From an uncultured delta proteobacterium (lineage in GTDB: Bacteria > Myxococcota_A > Polyangia > Polyangiales > JAFGIB01), in NCBI GenBank assembly GCA_963778655.1, contig CAVZVA010000010.1, forward strand, positions 1,664,001 to 1,728,000: a stretch of DNA of 64,000 nt. The letters are read 5' to 3'. This document shows, one piece after another, positions 47,628-57,998 of the stretch; the first letter of the stretch is position 1, and every line of letters starts with the position of its first letter. Below the pieces are notes generated by a model. It was not told the DNA's origin, made no database searches, and saw nothing but the letters and a program-made list of their open reading frames with translations. Both the position numbers and the translations under genes were made by a program.

Positions 47628-48773
47628 TCAGTCCTTGGGCAGCCCGAGGATGCGCTCCGCGATGATGTTCTTCTGGATGTTCGGCGTGCCGCCGCCGATC
47701 ACCGTCTCGGGCCAGCCGAGCGCCGCGCGCTGCCACTTGCCGGCTTGCACGGCCTCGCTGCTCCCGGCCGCGTACACGCTGGCCAGTCCCTGCAGCTCGA
47801 GCGCGAAGTCCCCCATCGCGACCTCGAGCGCTGCGCGGTGCAGCTTGTTGATCGAGGTCTCGCTCGAGAGCGGCCTGCCCTTGAGCTGCGCGGTGAGAAA
47901 GCGCAGGCCGTTGAGCCGCATGCCTTCGATCTGGGTTTCCATCGCGGCCAGCGTGCGGCGTACCGAGGGCTCGTCGCTGGCGGGCCTGCCCTCGCGCGAG
48001 CTGGCGCGCGCCAGCTCCTTGAGCTCCTCCAGCCGGCGCACCAGCGCCGTCACCTCCGAGATGCTCGAGCGCTCGTTGGCCAGCGCGCCGACCGTCACCT
48101 GCCAGCCCTGGCCCTCGGCGCCCAGGCGCTGCTCCACGGGCACGCGCACGTCGTTGAAGAACACCTCGGCGAACAGCCGCCCGCCGCTCATGTCCGTGAT
48201 CGGGCGCACCTCGAGCCCGGGGCTCTTCATGTGCACGAGCAGGCAGGTGATGCCGTGGTGCTTGCCCTGGTCACCCGGCGGCGCCGTGCGCACGAGCAGG
48301 ATCATCCAGCTGGCCACCGGCGCGAGCGAGGTCCAGATCTTCTGCCCGTTGACCACGTAGCTGTCGCCCTCGCGCACCGCCTTGCACTGCAACGACGCCA
48401 GGTCGCTGCCGGTGCCCGGCTCGGAGTAGCCGGTGCACCACTGGTACTTGCTGTCGAGGATGTCGGGGATGAAGCGCTGCTTCTGCGCCTGCGTGCCGTG
48501 CTCGATCAGCGCGGGGCCGACCCAGGCCAGGCCCATGAAGCAGGTGCCGAGCGGCGGCGCCTTGCGACTCGCCATCTCCTCCTTGAGGATCACCTGCTGC
48601 ATCAGCGTGCCGCCGCCGCCGCCGACCTCCTTCGGCCAGGCGAAGCCGACCCAGCGCTTCTCGCGCACCCTGCGCAGCCAGGCCGCCATGTCGGTCACCG
48701 GCAAGTTCTGGTCCAGGAAGGCGCGCACCTCGTCGCGAAACGCACGCTCGTCGGGGCTCAAGTCGAAGTCCAT
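47628..48773 (-). CDS. Acyl-CoA dehydrogenase
   Basis: WCTGYSEPGTGSDLASL, NGQKIWTS, ANER and IGGGTPNIQKNII. Confidence 0.93.
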   Translation of the reverse strand: MDFDLSPDERAFRDEVRAFLDQNLPVTDMAAWLRRVREKRWVGFAWPKEVGGGGGTLMQQVILKEEMASRKAPPLGTCFMGLAWVGPALIEHGTQAQKQRFIPDILDSKYQWCTGYSEPGTGSDLASLQCKAVREGDSYVVNGQKIWTSLAPVASWMILLVRTAPPGDQGKHHGITCLLVHMKSPGLEVRPITDMSGGRLFAEVFFNDVRVPVEQRLGAEGQGWQVTVGALANERSSISEVTALVRRLEELKELARASSREGRPASDEPSVRRTLAAMETQIEGMRLNGLRFLTAQLKGRPLSSETSINKLHRAALEVAMGDFALELQGLASVYAAGSSEAVQAGKWQRAALGWPETVIGGGTPNIQKNIIAERILGLPKD

Positions 48774-49891
48774 CACAGCCCTCCGAGCTGGGCGACGCGC
48801 TCGTAGTGGTGGTCGGCGTCGCCAAATTGCGGCCGCACCCACTTGGAGCGCTTGAGGTAGAGCTGCGCGTCGTGCTCGTCGGTGTAGCCGATCGCCCCGT
48901 GCAGCTGGATCGCGTCGACTCCGATGCGCACGAAGGCGTCGCTGGTGTAGGCCTTGGCCATCGAGGCGGCGCGCGGCAGCTCCTGCTCCGCCGCGTCGAG
49001 CGCCCAGGCAGCGTAGTACACGAGCGAGCGGGCGGTCTCGAGCTGCACGTGCATCTCCGCCAGCGGATGCTTGACCCCCTGGAAAGCGCCGATCGGCTTG
49101 CCGAACTGCACCCGCGTCTTGGCGTAGGCCACGGTGAGCGCAAGCACCGCGGCCGCAGCACCGACAGCCTCCGCCGCGGTGGCGACGGCGCCGGCGTCGA
49201 GCAGACGGGAAAGCGCGGCATGCGCGCGCGGCGGCGCGCACAGCAGTTGCTCGCGGCCGAGCCGCACGCCCGACAACCGCAGGTTGCCCATGCGCTTGGT
49301 GGTGTCGATCAGCGGATGGCTCTGCGCCTGCACCCCGGCGAGCGTGCGCTCCACCGCAAACAGGCCGAGCCCCTCGGCGCTGCGCGCCGCGACCACGAAC
49401 AGGTCTGCGCTGCCCGCGTCGTGCACGAAGCACTTTTCGCCCTCGAGCACGTAGCCGTCGCCGTCCGGCACGGCGCGCGCCTGCACGTCTTCGCCGCCCG
49501 GGCGCTGCCCGCGCTCGAGCAGCGCCAGCGTGGCGATTAGCTCGCCGCCCGCGATCTTCGGCAGGTAGCGCGCGCGCAGCGCCTCGTCGCCGTGCTCGAC
49601 CAAGGCGCACGAAGCGAGCAGCGTCGACAGCAGTGGCGAGGGAACGAGCGCGCCGCCCGTCACCTCGAGCAGCACGATCGCGTCCACCCAGCCGAGCCCG
49701 GCGCCGCCGAAGCGCTCGGGCACCAGCAACCCGAGCATGCCGAGCGTGGCCAGCTCTCGCCACAGCGCGGGGTCGTAGCCCGCTTCCGAGCGCGCGAAGC
49801 GCCGCACCTCGGGCATCGGGCTTCTGCGCTGCACCAGCTTCTGCGCTTGCTCGCGCAGCAGCTCCTGCTCCTCTGTGAACCCGAAGTTCAT
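48773..49891 (-). CDS. Acyl-CoA dehydrogenase (partner subunit type)
   Basis: RVQFGKPIGAFQGVKH and QLHGAIGYTDE; lacks the SEPxxGSD motif. Confidence 0.92.
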   Translation of the reverse strand: MNFGFTEEQELLREQAQKLVQRRSPMPEVRRFARSEAGYDPALWRELATLGMLGLLVPERFGGAGLGWVDAIVLLEVTGGALVPSPLLSTLLASCALVEHGDEALRARYLPKIAGGELIATLALLERGQRPGGEDVQARAVPDGDGYVLEGEKCFVHDAGSADLFVVAARSAEGLGLFAVERTLAGVQAQSHPLIDTTKRMGNLRLSGVRLGREQLLCAPPRAHAALSRLLDAGAVATAAEAVGAAAAVLALTVAYAKTRVQFGKPIGAFQGVKHPLAEMHVQLETARSLVYYAAWALDAAEQELPRAASMAKAYTSDAFVRIGVDAIQLHGAIGYTDEHDAQLYLKRSKWVRPQFGDADHHYERVAQLGGL

Positions 49892-50195
49892 GCGGCCTCC
49901 ATGCGGGAGGCCAGAACCATACTGCGCTCAGCGCGGCCTCGGGAAGGCCGCTGCCCCAGTCGACCCCAGATCGCTCGCAAGCCGCCCCGGGCGCGGTCCT
50001 GCGCCAACCGGCGAGCGGCACGCCTCCGCGGAGCCCCGCGCGCCGGGTGCGCCGCGCCGGCGCCTCAAAGGGGCTCGCACAAAGGGGCCCGCACAGCTAG
50101 GCGCTGGGCCCCTCGGCCTGCCAGATTTCGATTTGGCCGCGGCAGCCCGTGCTTGCGGCAGCGCATAGCGAGGCACAGGAAGCTCTCGTCCGCCA

Positions 50196-51156
50196 TCAGT
50201 TGGCCCGGATCAGCGCGATCAGGCCGGCCAGGCTGATCACGATCACGATCGCAGCCAGCGCGTAGATCAGCACGTCGGCATCGAAGGGCGGCGGCTTGCT
50301 CTTGCCCGGCCGAGTCGGGGGTAGGGTGGGCTCACCCGCGGTGGCCGCGCCGGCTGCGGCCGGTTGTGCGAGGTCGGGCTCGCTCGGGGCCGGCGCCGCA
50401 CGCGGCGGAGGCGGCGGCAGTGAGCGGTCGGGCTCGCTGCCCAGCGCGTCAATTTGGCTCGTCTGCCGGCTCCTCGAACAGCAGGCGCGTGGTTCCCAGC
50501 ACCAGCTCGTCACCGTCGCGCAGCCTGCGCTGCGCCAGCAGCTGGCCGTTGATGTTCGGCGCCTCCGCGCTGCCGAGCGTCTTGATCAGCACCCCGTCGA
50601 GATCGCGGACCAGCTCGGCGTGCTCCTGCGCCACGGCGGGGTCGGGCAGCACCAGCTGGCAGGCTTCGGCGCGGCCGAGCAGCAGCCGTGCGGGCGGCGG
50701 CGGGACGTCCAGGCTCTTGCCGGTTTCAGGCCCGCTCAGCACGCATAGCCGCGGCCCTTCCACGTGCGCGCCTTGCTGCGACTGTCGGAACAGCCGCCGC
50801 GCGAGCTCCGCGGTTCGCTCCATGGTGGTCGGCTGGGAGAGCACGACCCCGGTGCGGAACGAGAGCGCGTACACGCCGACGTCGATGCGGTCACCGTCGC
50901 GCAGCCGTTTCCCGCGGCCTTGCACCACGCGCGTACCGTTGACCTGCGTGCCGTTCTTGGAGTCATTGTCGAGGATCACGTAGCTGTCGCCGTCGAGCCG
51001 CACGGTGGCATGGGTCTCGCTGACCGTCAGGTGAGGCAGCCGCACGTCGGCCCCCGGCCCCCTACCGATCACGATCCGCGCTTGCTCGAACCCGTAGCCG
51101 ACCTCTTCTGGAAGAGGCTCACCCTCGGCCAGGCTGATCACGAAGCGCACGCCCAT
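50196..51156 (-). pseudogene. Double-FHA domain membrane protein interrupted by a 1-nt frameshift
   Basis: IGR...VSETHA...SKNGT FHA plus a second FHA; frame stops at 50449 and the TM tail continues in another frame to 50196. Confidence 0.7.
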
Positions 51157-51330
51157 CGAAACCCACAGCCTCCCCACCCCGGCCCCCCCGGTCAAGCTTT
51201 CGCTCCCCCCCCCGCGCCCCGGCCCTTCGCTTCCGCCGTAGTCGTGTTGGCCCCCCGCCCCCCAACCGCGAGCGCCAAAAACTGGACGTGCGCGCCGGGC
51301 TCTGCGACCTCCTTTGCTGGAGGACCTTCG

Positions 51331-53247
51331 ATGGAACCCAGCCCCGATCGACGCAACGACCGCTCCGAGCGGGTGCCCCTGCGCCTCGCGGTGGAGCTCG
51401 GAGACGGCGACTTCCGCGATCCCTTCGCCGCCGACGCGCTGAACTTCAGCAAGGGCGGCATCTCCGTGCGGGCCGCCTGTCTGCCCGACCTGCACAGCCG
51501 CCTGTGGTGTCGTTTCGAGTGTTTGCCCAGCCGAGCCACGCTCACGGCGCAGGGCGAGGTGGTGTGGGCGCACCTCGACGGCGATTGCAGCGGCGAGTTC
51601 GGGCTGGCGTTCGTCGACCTCGACCCCAAGACCGAATGGCTGCTCGAGGAGATGATCGCCGAGCACGCGGCGCTCGCACGCGGTCACGGCGAGCAGCCCT
51701 GCGAGCCGGTCGCGCGGCTGGCCACGCTCGAGCTCGAGGGCAGCCCCGCGCCGATCGAGGCGCACCTCGCGCGCCGCGAAGAAGGCGGAGCCGTGTTCGA
51801 GCAGCAGCTGGACCTGCTCAGCCTCGGGCGCGGCGTGCTCGCGCGCGCCCCGGGCTCGGCCGAGCGCACCGGCCGCATCGCCGGCGTGGAGTTGCGCATG
51901 GTGGGCAGCGTGCCGATGCTCGCGGTGACGGTCGCCTTCGAGCAGCGCGAGAGCTACGGCGAGCTCAGCTGGAGCGGCAGCGACCCGGCGCCGGACCACG
52001 ACACCGAGCCCGACCTGGCGGCGCCACCTTCGCGCGCGGGCGGCCCGCAGCCGCACGCGGCCGGCGCGCAGACCACGGTGACCGAGTTCGCGCTCGAGCC
52101 GCGCGAGGCCCACGCCGAGCACTCACCTGCCGCCCCCGCCGACAACGCCCCGCTGCCGCCAGCCTTGCAGGCCTCGCCGTCGCGCGAGCCGGCTGCGCGT
52201 GCATCCGCCGCCCAACCCGCCAAGGCAGCGGCTGCCGCCGCGGTCGCGAGCGAGCGCGACTTCTCGCGCAGCTTCGCGCTGCCCGGCGACGACGCCGACG
52301 ACCAGCTCGAAGACGAGCTCGAGGCGTTTTCCGCCCCGGCCTGGCAGCCGTTGCTGCGCGCCGCGCTGCGCGGGCTGCGCGCACAGCTCGCGATCTTGGG
52401 CGTGGCGCTTGCCCGTCTCTGCGCCGCCGCGTTTCGCCGCGCGCTGCCTGCAGTGCGTGGGACGCAGCTGCGCACCACCTCCACCCTGCGCGCGCTCTAC
52501 GGCAACGCAATCGGACCGCGGGTGGGCACCGCCCGCCGCATGCTGCGCGCGCAGCTTCCCGGCAAGCGCCGGCGCACGACCCGCGCCCCGATTGCCGCCC
52601 GGCGCGCCGGGTCCGGCTCGCTCGGCCGCACGCTGCTGTTGGGCCTGCTCGCCGCGCTCGGCGCCGGGCTCGGTGTCTACGCGCTGGGGCCCTTCGGTCA
52701 CGCCGAGCGCATCGACTTGCCGCGCGGGGTGCGCCCCGACGCCTCGCCGGCCGCGGTCGCGGCACCGGCAACGCCGGCTGCGGCTGCCGCGCCGGTTGCG
52801 CCCGCCCCGAGCGCGAGCGCAGCCGCGGGCGAGCCGCACGCAGCCGTCGCCGAGGTGGCGGTGGCGAGCGCCGAGCGCGTGCCGCCGTCCTCGCCCTACG
52901 CCATCGACGTACGCAAGGCGGGCGCCGCCAGCGGCGAGCCGGCGCACAAGCTGCGCTTCGGCGCCAGCACGGTTCCCAACGCGCGCCACTTTACGCTGCG
53001 TATGAGCGGGCGGGTGCGTACGCTGCAGGGCACGCCCGACCGGGGCGGCTTCACCGTCGTGATTCCCGGCTGCCTGTCGCTCGATCGCGCCGGGCCGATC
53101 GGCTCGGCGCTGAAGTCGGTCGCGCACGCCAGGATCATCAACAAGGGCGACCACGCGGAGCTGAGCGTTCGCTTTACAGACGGCAAGCAGCCGGCCTACC
53201 GGGTCAGCGCCGACGGCAGCACGCTCAACGTCGCGATCGAGGAGTAA
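51331..53247 (+). CDS. PilZ domain transmembrane protein with a C-terminal periplasmic domain
   Basis: RRNDR and NFSKGG motifs, GEVVW, TM segment, beta-rich C-terminus. Confidence 0.75.
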   Translation: MEPSPDRRNDRSERVPLRLAVELGDGDFRDPFAADALNFSKGGISVRAACLPDLHSRLWCRFECLPSRATLTAQGEVVWAHLDGDCSGEFGLAFVDLDPKTEWLLEEMIAEHAALARGHGEQPCEPVARLATLELEGSPAPIEAHLARREEGGAVFEQQLDLLSLGRGVLARAPGSAERTGRIAGVELRMVGSVPMLAVTVAFEQRESYGELSWSGSDPAPDHDTEPDLAAPPSRAGGPQPHAAGAQTTVTEFALEPREAHAEHSPAAPADNAPLPPALQASPSREPAARASAAQPAKAAAAAAVASERDFSRSFALPGDDADDQLEDELEAFSAPAWQPLLRAALRGLRAQLAILGVALARLCAAAFRRALPAVRGTQLRTTSTLRALYGNAIGPRVGTARRMLRAQLPGKRRRTTRAPIAARRAGSGSLGRTLLLGLLAALGAGLGVYALGPFGHAERIDLPRGVRPDASPAAVAAPATPAAAAAPVAPAPSASAAAGEPHAAVAEVAVASAERVPPSSPYAIDVRKAGAASGEPAHKLRFGASTVPNARHFTLRMSGRVRTLQGTPDRGGFTVVIPGCLSLDRAGPIGSALKSVAHARIINKGDHAELSVRFTDGKQPAYRVSADGSTLNVAIEE

Positions 53248-53290
53248 GCGAGCCGGCGCAGCTGGGCTGGCTGCCCGCGCCGATTCGAAT

Positions 53291-53352
53291 ACAAGAAGGC
53301 GGGCGCACGAGAAGCGCAAACGGATTCTCTTCCCGCCTTCGCGTCCTCCTGT
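53291..53352. repeat. Palindromic repeat family B, degenerate copy
   Basis: acaagaaggcggg...ttcccgccttcgcgtcctcctgt between convergent genes. Confidence 0.65.
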
Positions 53353-53371
53353 TGCATTTTCGAAGCGCGCG

Positions 53372-55030
53372 TCAGTCTTCGCGCGGATCGGGGCGGCAGG
53401 CGAGCACCACGTCGAACGTGGTCCCGCGACCCACCTCGCTCTGCACCGAGATGGTGCCACGGTGCTGCTCCACGATGTTCTTCACGATCGAGAGGCCGAG
53501 GCCGGTGCCCTTGCCCTCGCCCTTGGTGGTGAAGAACGGCTCGAAGATGCGCCGCAGGTTGTCCTCGGTAATGCCCTTGCCGTTGTCGATCACGCGTACC
53601 GAGAGCCGGCCGTCGCTGCCCGGCGCGGTGGTCAGCGTGAGCCGGCCCGCGCCCAACGGCATCGCGTGGCATGCGTTCGTGACCAGGTTGACGAAGACCT
53701 GCACCAGCTGTCCCTTGACCCCATACACCGGCGGCAGCGTCATGTCGTACTGCTTGTCGATCCGGGCGCCGGTCTCCTCCACCAGGTGCTCGCAGAACAC
53801 CACCGCCTGGTCGATCAGCTCGTGGACCTCGACCGGAACCGGCTTCTCGGTCGAGGGCCGAGCATAGGTGACGAGGTCGCGGGTGAACTTCAGGATCCGA
53901 TCCGCGCTCTCGACGATGCGGCGCAGCTTTTCCACGTCGGGCGCGGCCGCGCCGTCGCGCGGCGCCTTCTTCAATAGATAGTCCGCGTAGACAGAGATGC
54001 TGGTGAGCGGATTGTTCAGCTCGTGCACCACGCCGGCAGCGAGCTGGCCCAGGGTGGCGAGCTTCTCTGCGTGGATCACCTGCTCCTCCAGCTCGCGTAG
54101 CTCGGTCACGTCGCGGTAGATGTAGATCACGCCCTCGACGTCACCGTCGGGGCTCAAGATCGAGGCGGTGTTCACCGCGACCTGAGCGAAGCTTCCGTCG
54201 CGCCGAGGCAGTCGCACCTCGACGTTGGTGCTGGGCTCGCCCCGCAATGCGCTGATGTACACCGGCAGGATGCGCCGCCGCTCGACCTCGGGCAGCAAGC
54301 TCAACCAGTCCTTACCCAGGATGTCGTCGCGCCGAAACGCGGTAATGTTCAGAAAGGCGCGGTTGGCGAACGAGATCTCGCCGTCGCGCCCCATCACCAT
54401 GATCGGCGCGTTGGCGTGGTCGAGCAGCTTGCTCAGGTAATCGCGCAGATAGACCGACTCGCGGTGCAGGCGCGAATTGCGCAGCGCGCTGCCGAGCTGC
54501 AGGGCGAGCTGCACGATCAGCGGCCGGTCGTCGGTAGGCGGCGCGGTGTGTTCCGGGTACTCGACCGACAGCACGCCGGCGATGTGCTCGCCATCGATCA
54601 TCGGCACGTCGAAGCCCTCGTGTCCGTTGACGAAGAAGGGATGATAGGCGTCGATCGCGGAGATTGGGGCCTCCTCCGGCCCCGGCAGCGCGAAGCCGTG
54701 ACGCTGCAGTGCTTCGCGTGTGAGCTCGATGCGGTCTCTGCGCTCGGGACGCAACCGTCCGGTCGCGTACACCATGCTCAGCCCGTTGCCCTGCGCGCCC
54801 AGCAGGCGCACGCAGAACAGCCGCTCCGGGAACAGCCGCTTGAAACGCTCGATATAGGCGTGCACGACCTCGTCGGTGTGCATGACCACGGTCACCGCGC
54901 GGCTGAGCTCGAGCACCGCCTCGAGCACTTGGTGGGGTCCGGGGGCGCGCAGCCGGACGTGGGTTCCACGGCCGCTTTCGATCTCGAGCGCCTCGTCCTC
55001 CACGTTCTCGCCGTCCCGTCCCATGGTCAC
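53372..55030 (-). CDS. GAF-PAS sensor histidine kinase
   Basis: [28 protein letters not shown] and GTGLGL. Confidence 0.93.
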   Translation of the reverse strand: MTMGRDGENVEDEALEIESGRGTHVRLRAPGPHQVLEAVLELSRAVTVVMHTDEVVHAYIERFKRLFPERLFCVRLLGAQGNGLSMVYATGRLRPERRDRIELTREALQRHGFALPGPEEAPISAIDAYHPFFVNGHEGFDVPMIDGEHIAGVLSVEYPEHTAPPTDDRPLIVQLALQLGSALRNSRLHRESVYLRDYLSKLLDHANAPIMVMGRDGEISFANRAFLNITAFRRDDILGKDWLSLLPEVERRRILPVYISALRGEPSTNVEVRLPRRDGSFAQVAVNTASILSPDGDVEGVIYIYRDVTELRELEEQVIHAEKLATLGQLAAGVVHELNNPLTSISVYADYLLKKAPRDGAAAPDVEKLRRIVESADRILKFTRDLVTYARPSTEKPVPVEVHELIDQAVVFCEHLVEETGARIDKQYDMTLPPVYGVKGQLVQVFVNLVTNACHAMPLGAGRLTLTTAPGSDGRLSVRVIDNGKGITEDNLRRIFEPFFTTKGEGKGTGLGLSIVKNIVEQHRGTISVQSEVGRGTTFDVVLACRPDPRED

Positions 55031-57042
55031 TCGCCGTCTTCACTCGGCTCCGGATCGTCGCCGCTGGCTCGGTCGAGATCCAGGATTCTCTGGTCTCCGA
55101 CGTACGATTTGGTCTCGTAGCGCGTCAGCTTGCCGATCTTGCGTACGATCTCGGCCATGCGCTGCGCTTCCTGGTGGATCACCTCGGCTCCGCGATGGGT
55201 GGGGGAATCGCTGGGTAGCTTGCGCAGCAGCAGCTCCGCGTAGCCCATCACGCTGGTCAGCGGCTGGTTCAGCTCGTGCGCCGTCGCGCCCGCCAGCTCG
55301 GCCACCAGCGCCTGCTTCTCGCTCACCGCGAGCTTCTCCTGGGCTTGCGCCAGTTGTTGCTCGACGCGCACCCGCTCGCGCAGATCGGTGAAGATGCCGA
55401 AGGTGGCCGTGGGCCGCCCGTCCTCGTCGTAGATCACGGCGGCCGTGAGCGAGATCGGGAAGATCGTCCCGCGTTGATCGACCGCCTCGATTCTGACTGG
55501 CTCCAGCCGGCCGACGCCGCCGTGATTACGGCTGCGCAGCATGCGCATTACCTCGCGCGCGCCGTCGCCGGGATAGAGCGCGGTCACGTTCATCTTCCCG
55601 ATCACATCGTCTGCGCGGTGCCCGTAGAGCTGCTGCGCCCCCTTGTTGAACAGCACGATCGTGCCGTCCATGTCGGCGGCCACGATCGCGTCGACGCTGG
55701 CGTCGATCAGCGACTGCAGGAAGTTCCGGGTGTGCACCAGGTCGTCGCGCGTCTTGCGATCCTCGGTGACGTCGCGAAACGACAGCAGCACCGCGCCCTC
55801 GGTCCCCGCCAGCGGCGAGAAGGAGCCGTTGATCACGATGCGTTTGCCGTTCTTGTGCGAGATGCCGATGTCGACATTGTGCGGATACTCGCCGTCGCCG
55901 AGTTGTTGCCGCAGCTTGGTTACCGTGCGCCGCTCGCCCGCCGGCACCAGCTCCCACAGCGGCTTGCCCAGCGAGACCTCCGCCTCGTAGCCGAGAATGG
56001 CGTGCGCGCTCGGGTTGGCGAACAGCATGCGCCCGTCGAGGTCGAAGGCCGCCAGCCCGTCGGCGGCCGACGAGAGCAGATCGGCATAGCGCTTGAGCAC
56101 GCTCAGGCGCTTCTCGGCCTCGATCCGCGCGTGGGTATCGCGCTGCGTCTCGTCGCGCAGCGACTGCAAGATGCGCGCGTTGCGCAAGGCCACCGCGGTG
56201 GCGTTGGCCAGCACCTCGCAGAAGTCGAGCTGGTGGCTGCTGAGCGCCCCGCGGCGCGTGCGCGCGCGCACGAACAGCACGCCCATCGGCTGCTCCTCCC
56301 ACACGATCGGGATCAGGGTCAGCGCGGAAAGGCCGGCGTCGGAGACCGACCGGCGCACCTCGTCCAGCAGCGGGTGATGGTCGACGTCCTGGATCGTCAG
56401 CGACTCCCGCGTCTTGAGCGCGTGGCGTATCTCCGGGTATTTGGCCAGGTCGAGCTTCAGGTTCTGCAGCTTCTCGTCGTCGCTCGCGGCCACCACGTAG
56501 CCCACCGTGCCCTCGTCCGGCACCAGCACGATCGAGACGCGGTCGACGTCGATCACGCTCGCGATGCGGCTGACCAGGATGTAGAGGATCTCCTGGAAGT
56601 CGAGCGACGACACCAGCGTGCGCGTCAGCTCGAGCAGCAGCTCGGAGGTCGGTCCTTCGTTCTCGCCCCAGGTGCGCCGCGAGCGCCGCGACAACCGTGC
56701 CTGCACCCGCGCCAGCAGCTCGCCTTCGCGCGGCGGCAGCAGCAAGACGTCATCCGCCCCTCGGGCCAGGGCCGCGGGCAAGCGGGCATCGTCGGCGCGC
56801 GGCGCCGTGATCAGGATCGGCGCGCGCGTGGCAGCCCGCAGCGCCGCCGCCTGCGAGCCGGCGCTCTGGGGCGTCGCGGCGTACAGCAGCACCACCCCGG
56901 CCGTGGCGGCTTCGACCGCGAGGTCGTCGGCGTCGGCTCTGCGCTCGCGCAGCTCGAAGGGCGCGTCCTGCGGGAGCCCGAGCGCGGCGCGCTCGGCCTC
57001 GGCGCCTTCCCATACGATCAGCAGACGCGGCCTTGGCTCCAT
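55027..57042 (-). CDS. Pseudo-REC/GAF/PAS/PAS/HisKA protein lacking the ATPase domain
   Basis: AHELNQPL near the C-terminus with no N, G1 or G2 boxes. Confidence 0.88.
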   Translation of the reverse strand: MEPRPRLLIVWEGAEAERAALGLPQDAPFELRERRADADDLAVEAATAGVVLLYAATPQSAGSQAAALRAATRAPILITAPRADDARLPAALARGADDVLLLPPREGELLARVQARLSRRSRRTWGENEGPTSELLLELTRTLVSSLDFQEILYILVSRIASVIDVDRVSIVLVPDEGTVGYVVAASDDEKLQNLKLDLAKYPEIRHALKTRESLTIQDVDHHPLLDEVRRSVSDAGLSALTLIPIVWEEQPMGVLFVRARTRRGALSSHQLDFCEVLANATAVALRNARILQSLRDETQRDTHARIEAEKRLSVLKRYADLLSSAADGLAAFDLDGRMLFANPSAHAILGYEAEVSLGKPLWELVPAGERRTVTKLRQQLGDGEYPHNVDIGISHKNGKRIVINGSFSPLAGTEGAVLLSFRDVTEDRKTRDDLVHTRNFLQSLIDASVDAIVAADMDGTIVLFNKGAQQLYGHRADDVIGKMNVTALYPGDGAREVMRMLRSRNHGGVGRLEPVRIEAVDQRGTIFPISLTAAVIYDEDGRPTATFGIFTDLRERVRVEQQLAQAQEKLAVSEKQALVAELAGATAHELNQPLTSVMGYAELLLRKLPSDSPTHRGAEVIHQEAQRMAEIVRKIGKLTRYETKSYVGDQRILDLDRASGDDPEPSEDGE

Positions 57043-57149
57043 TCGCGCGCGAGATCCCCAGGCAGAGACATTAGAATCCTACGCCATCGGCGGACCTACT
57101 CAAAGCAGGCCATGGCGGCTGCGCGCCGATCGGCTAGGCTGGGGCTCCC

Positions 57150-57998
57150 GTGACGGCACCCGCAACACCCTCCATGTCGCCCGAAAGGCAAGCACCGATT
57201 GGAGTATTCGACTCTGGCTTGGGCGGGCTGACCGTCGTGCGCGCGATTATGGAGCGGCTTCCCCGGGAAAACCTGGTCTATCTCGGGGACAACGCCCGCG
57301 TGCCCTACGGCACGCGCAGCCCCAAGACCGTGCTGAGCTACGCCCGCAGCTGCGCGCGCGGGCTGCGCGAGTACCAGATCAAGCTGCTGGTCGTTGCCTG
57401 CAACACCGTAAGCGCGGTCGCGCTCGAGCTGCTGGCGGTCGAGCTCGACATCCCGGTGCTCGGCGTGATCGAGCCGGGCGCGCGTGCCGGGGTGCGGCGC
57501 AGCCAGAGCGGCCGCATCGGCGTGATCGCCACCGCGGCGACAGTCGACTCCGGCGCGTATCCGCGCGCGGTCGCCAGCGCCGAGACGCGCGCCCAGACCA
57601 GCATGGCGGCGGCTCCGCTGCTGGTCCCGCTGGCTGAGGAGGGCTGGACCGAGGGCGAGGTGCCTGCGCTCGCCGTGCGCCGCTACCTCGAGCCGCTGGT
57701 GCGCGCGGGCATCGACACGCTGGTGCTCGGCTGCACGCACTATCCGCTGCTGCGCGGCGAGATCTCGCGCGCGCTCGCCGCGCTCAGCAACCGCCAGATC
57801 CCGGTGGTCGACAGCGCCGAGGCGACCGCGGAGGAGCTCGCCGCCCTGCTCGAGACTCGCGGGCTGCAGGCGCAACGCGCCGAGCAGGGCGAGCTGCGGC
57901 TGCTGGTTACCGACGTGCCCAAGCGCTTCGGCGAGGTCGCCTCGCGCTTCCTGGGCCGCTCGCTCAGCGGGCTGCAGGTTGAGGCGATCGATCTGTGA
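57150..57998 (+). CDS. murI: Glutamate racemase
   Basis: FDSGLGGLTV, PYG, ACNT and LGCTHYP. Confidence 0.96.
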   Translation: MTAPATPSMSPERQAPIGVFDSGLGGLTVVRAIMERLPRENLVYLGDNARVPYGTRSPKTVLSYARSCARGLREYQIKLLVVACNTVSAVALELLAVELDIPVLGVIEPGARAGVRRSQSGRIGVIATAATVDSGAYPRAVASAETRAQTSMAAAPLLVPLAEEGWTEGEVPALAVRRYLEPLVRAGIDTLVLGCTHYPLLRGEISRALAALSNRQIPVVDSAEATAEELAALLETRGLQAQRAEQGELRLLVTDVPKRFGEVASRFLGRSLSGLQVEAIDL

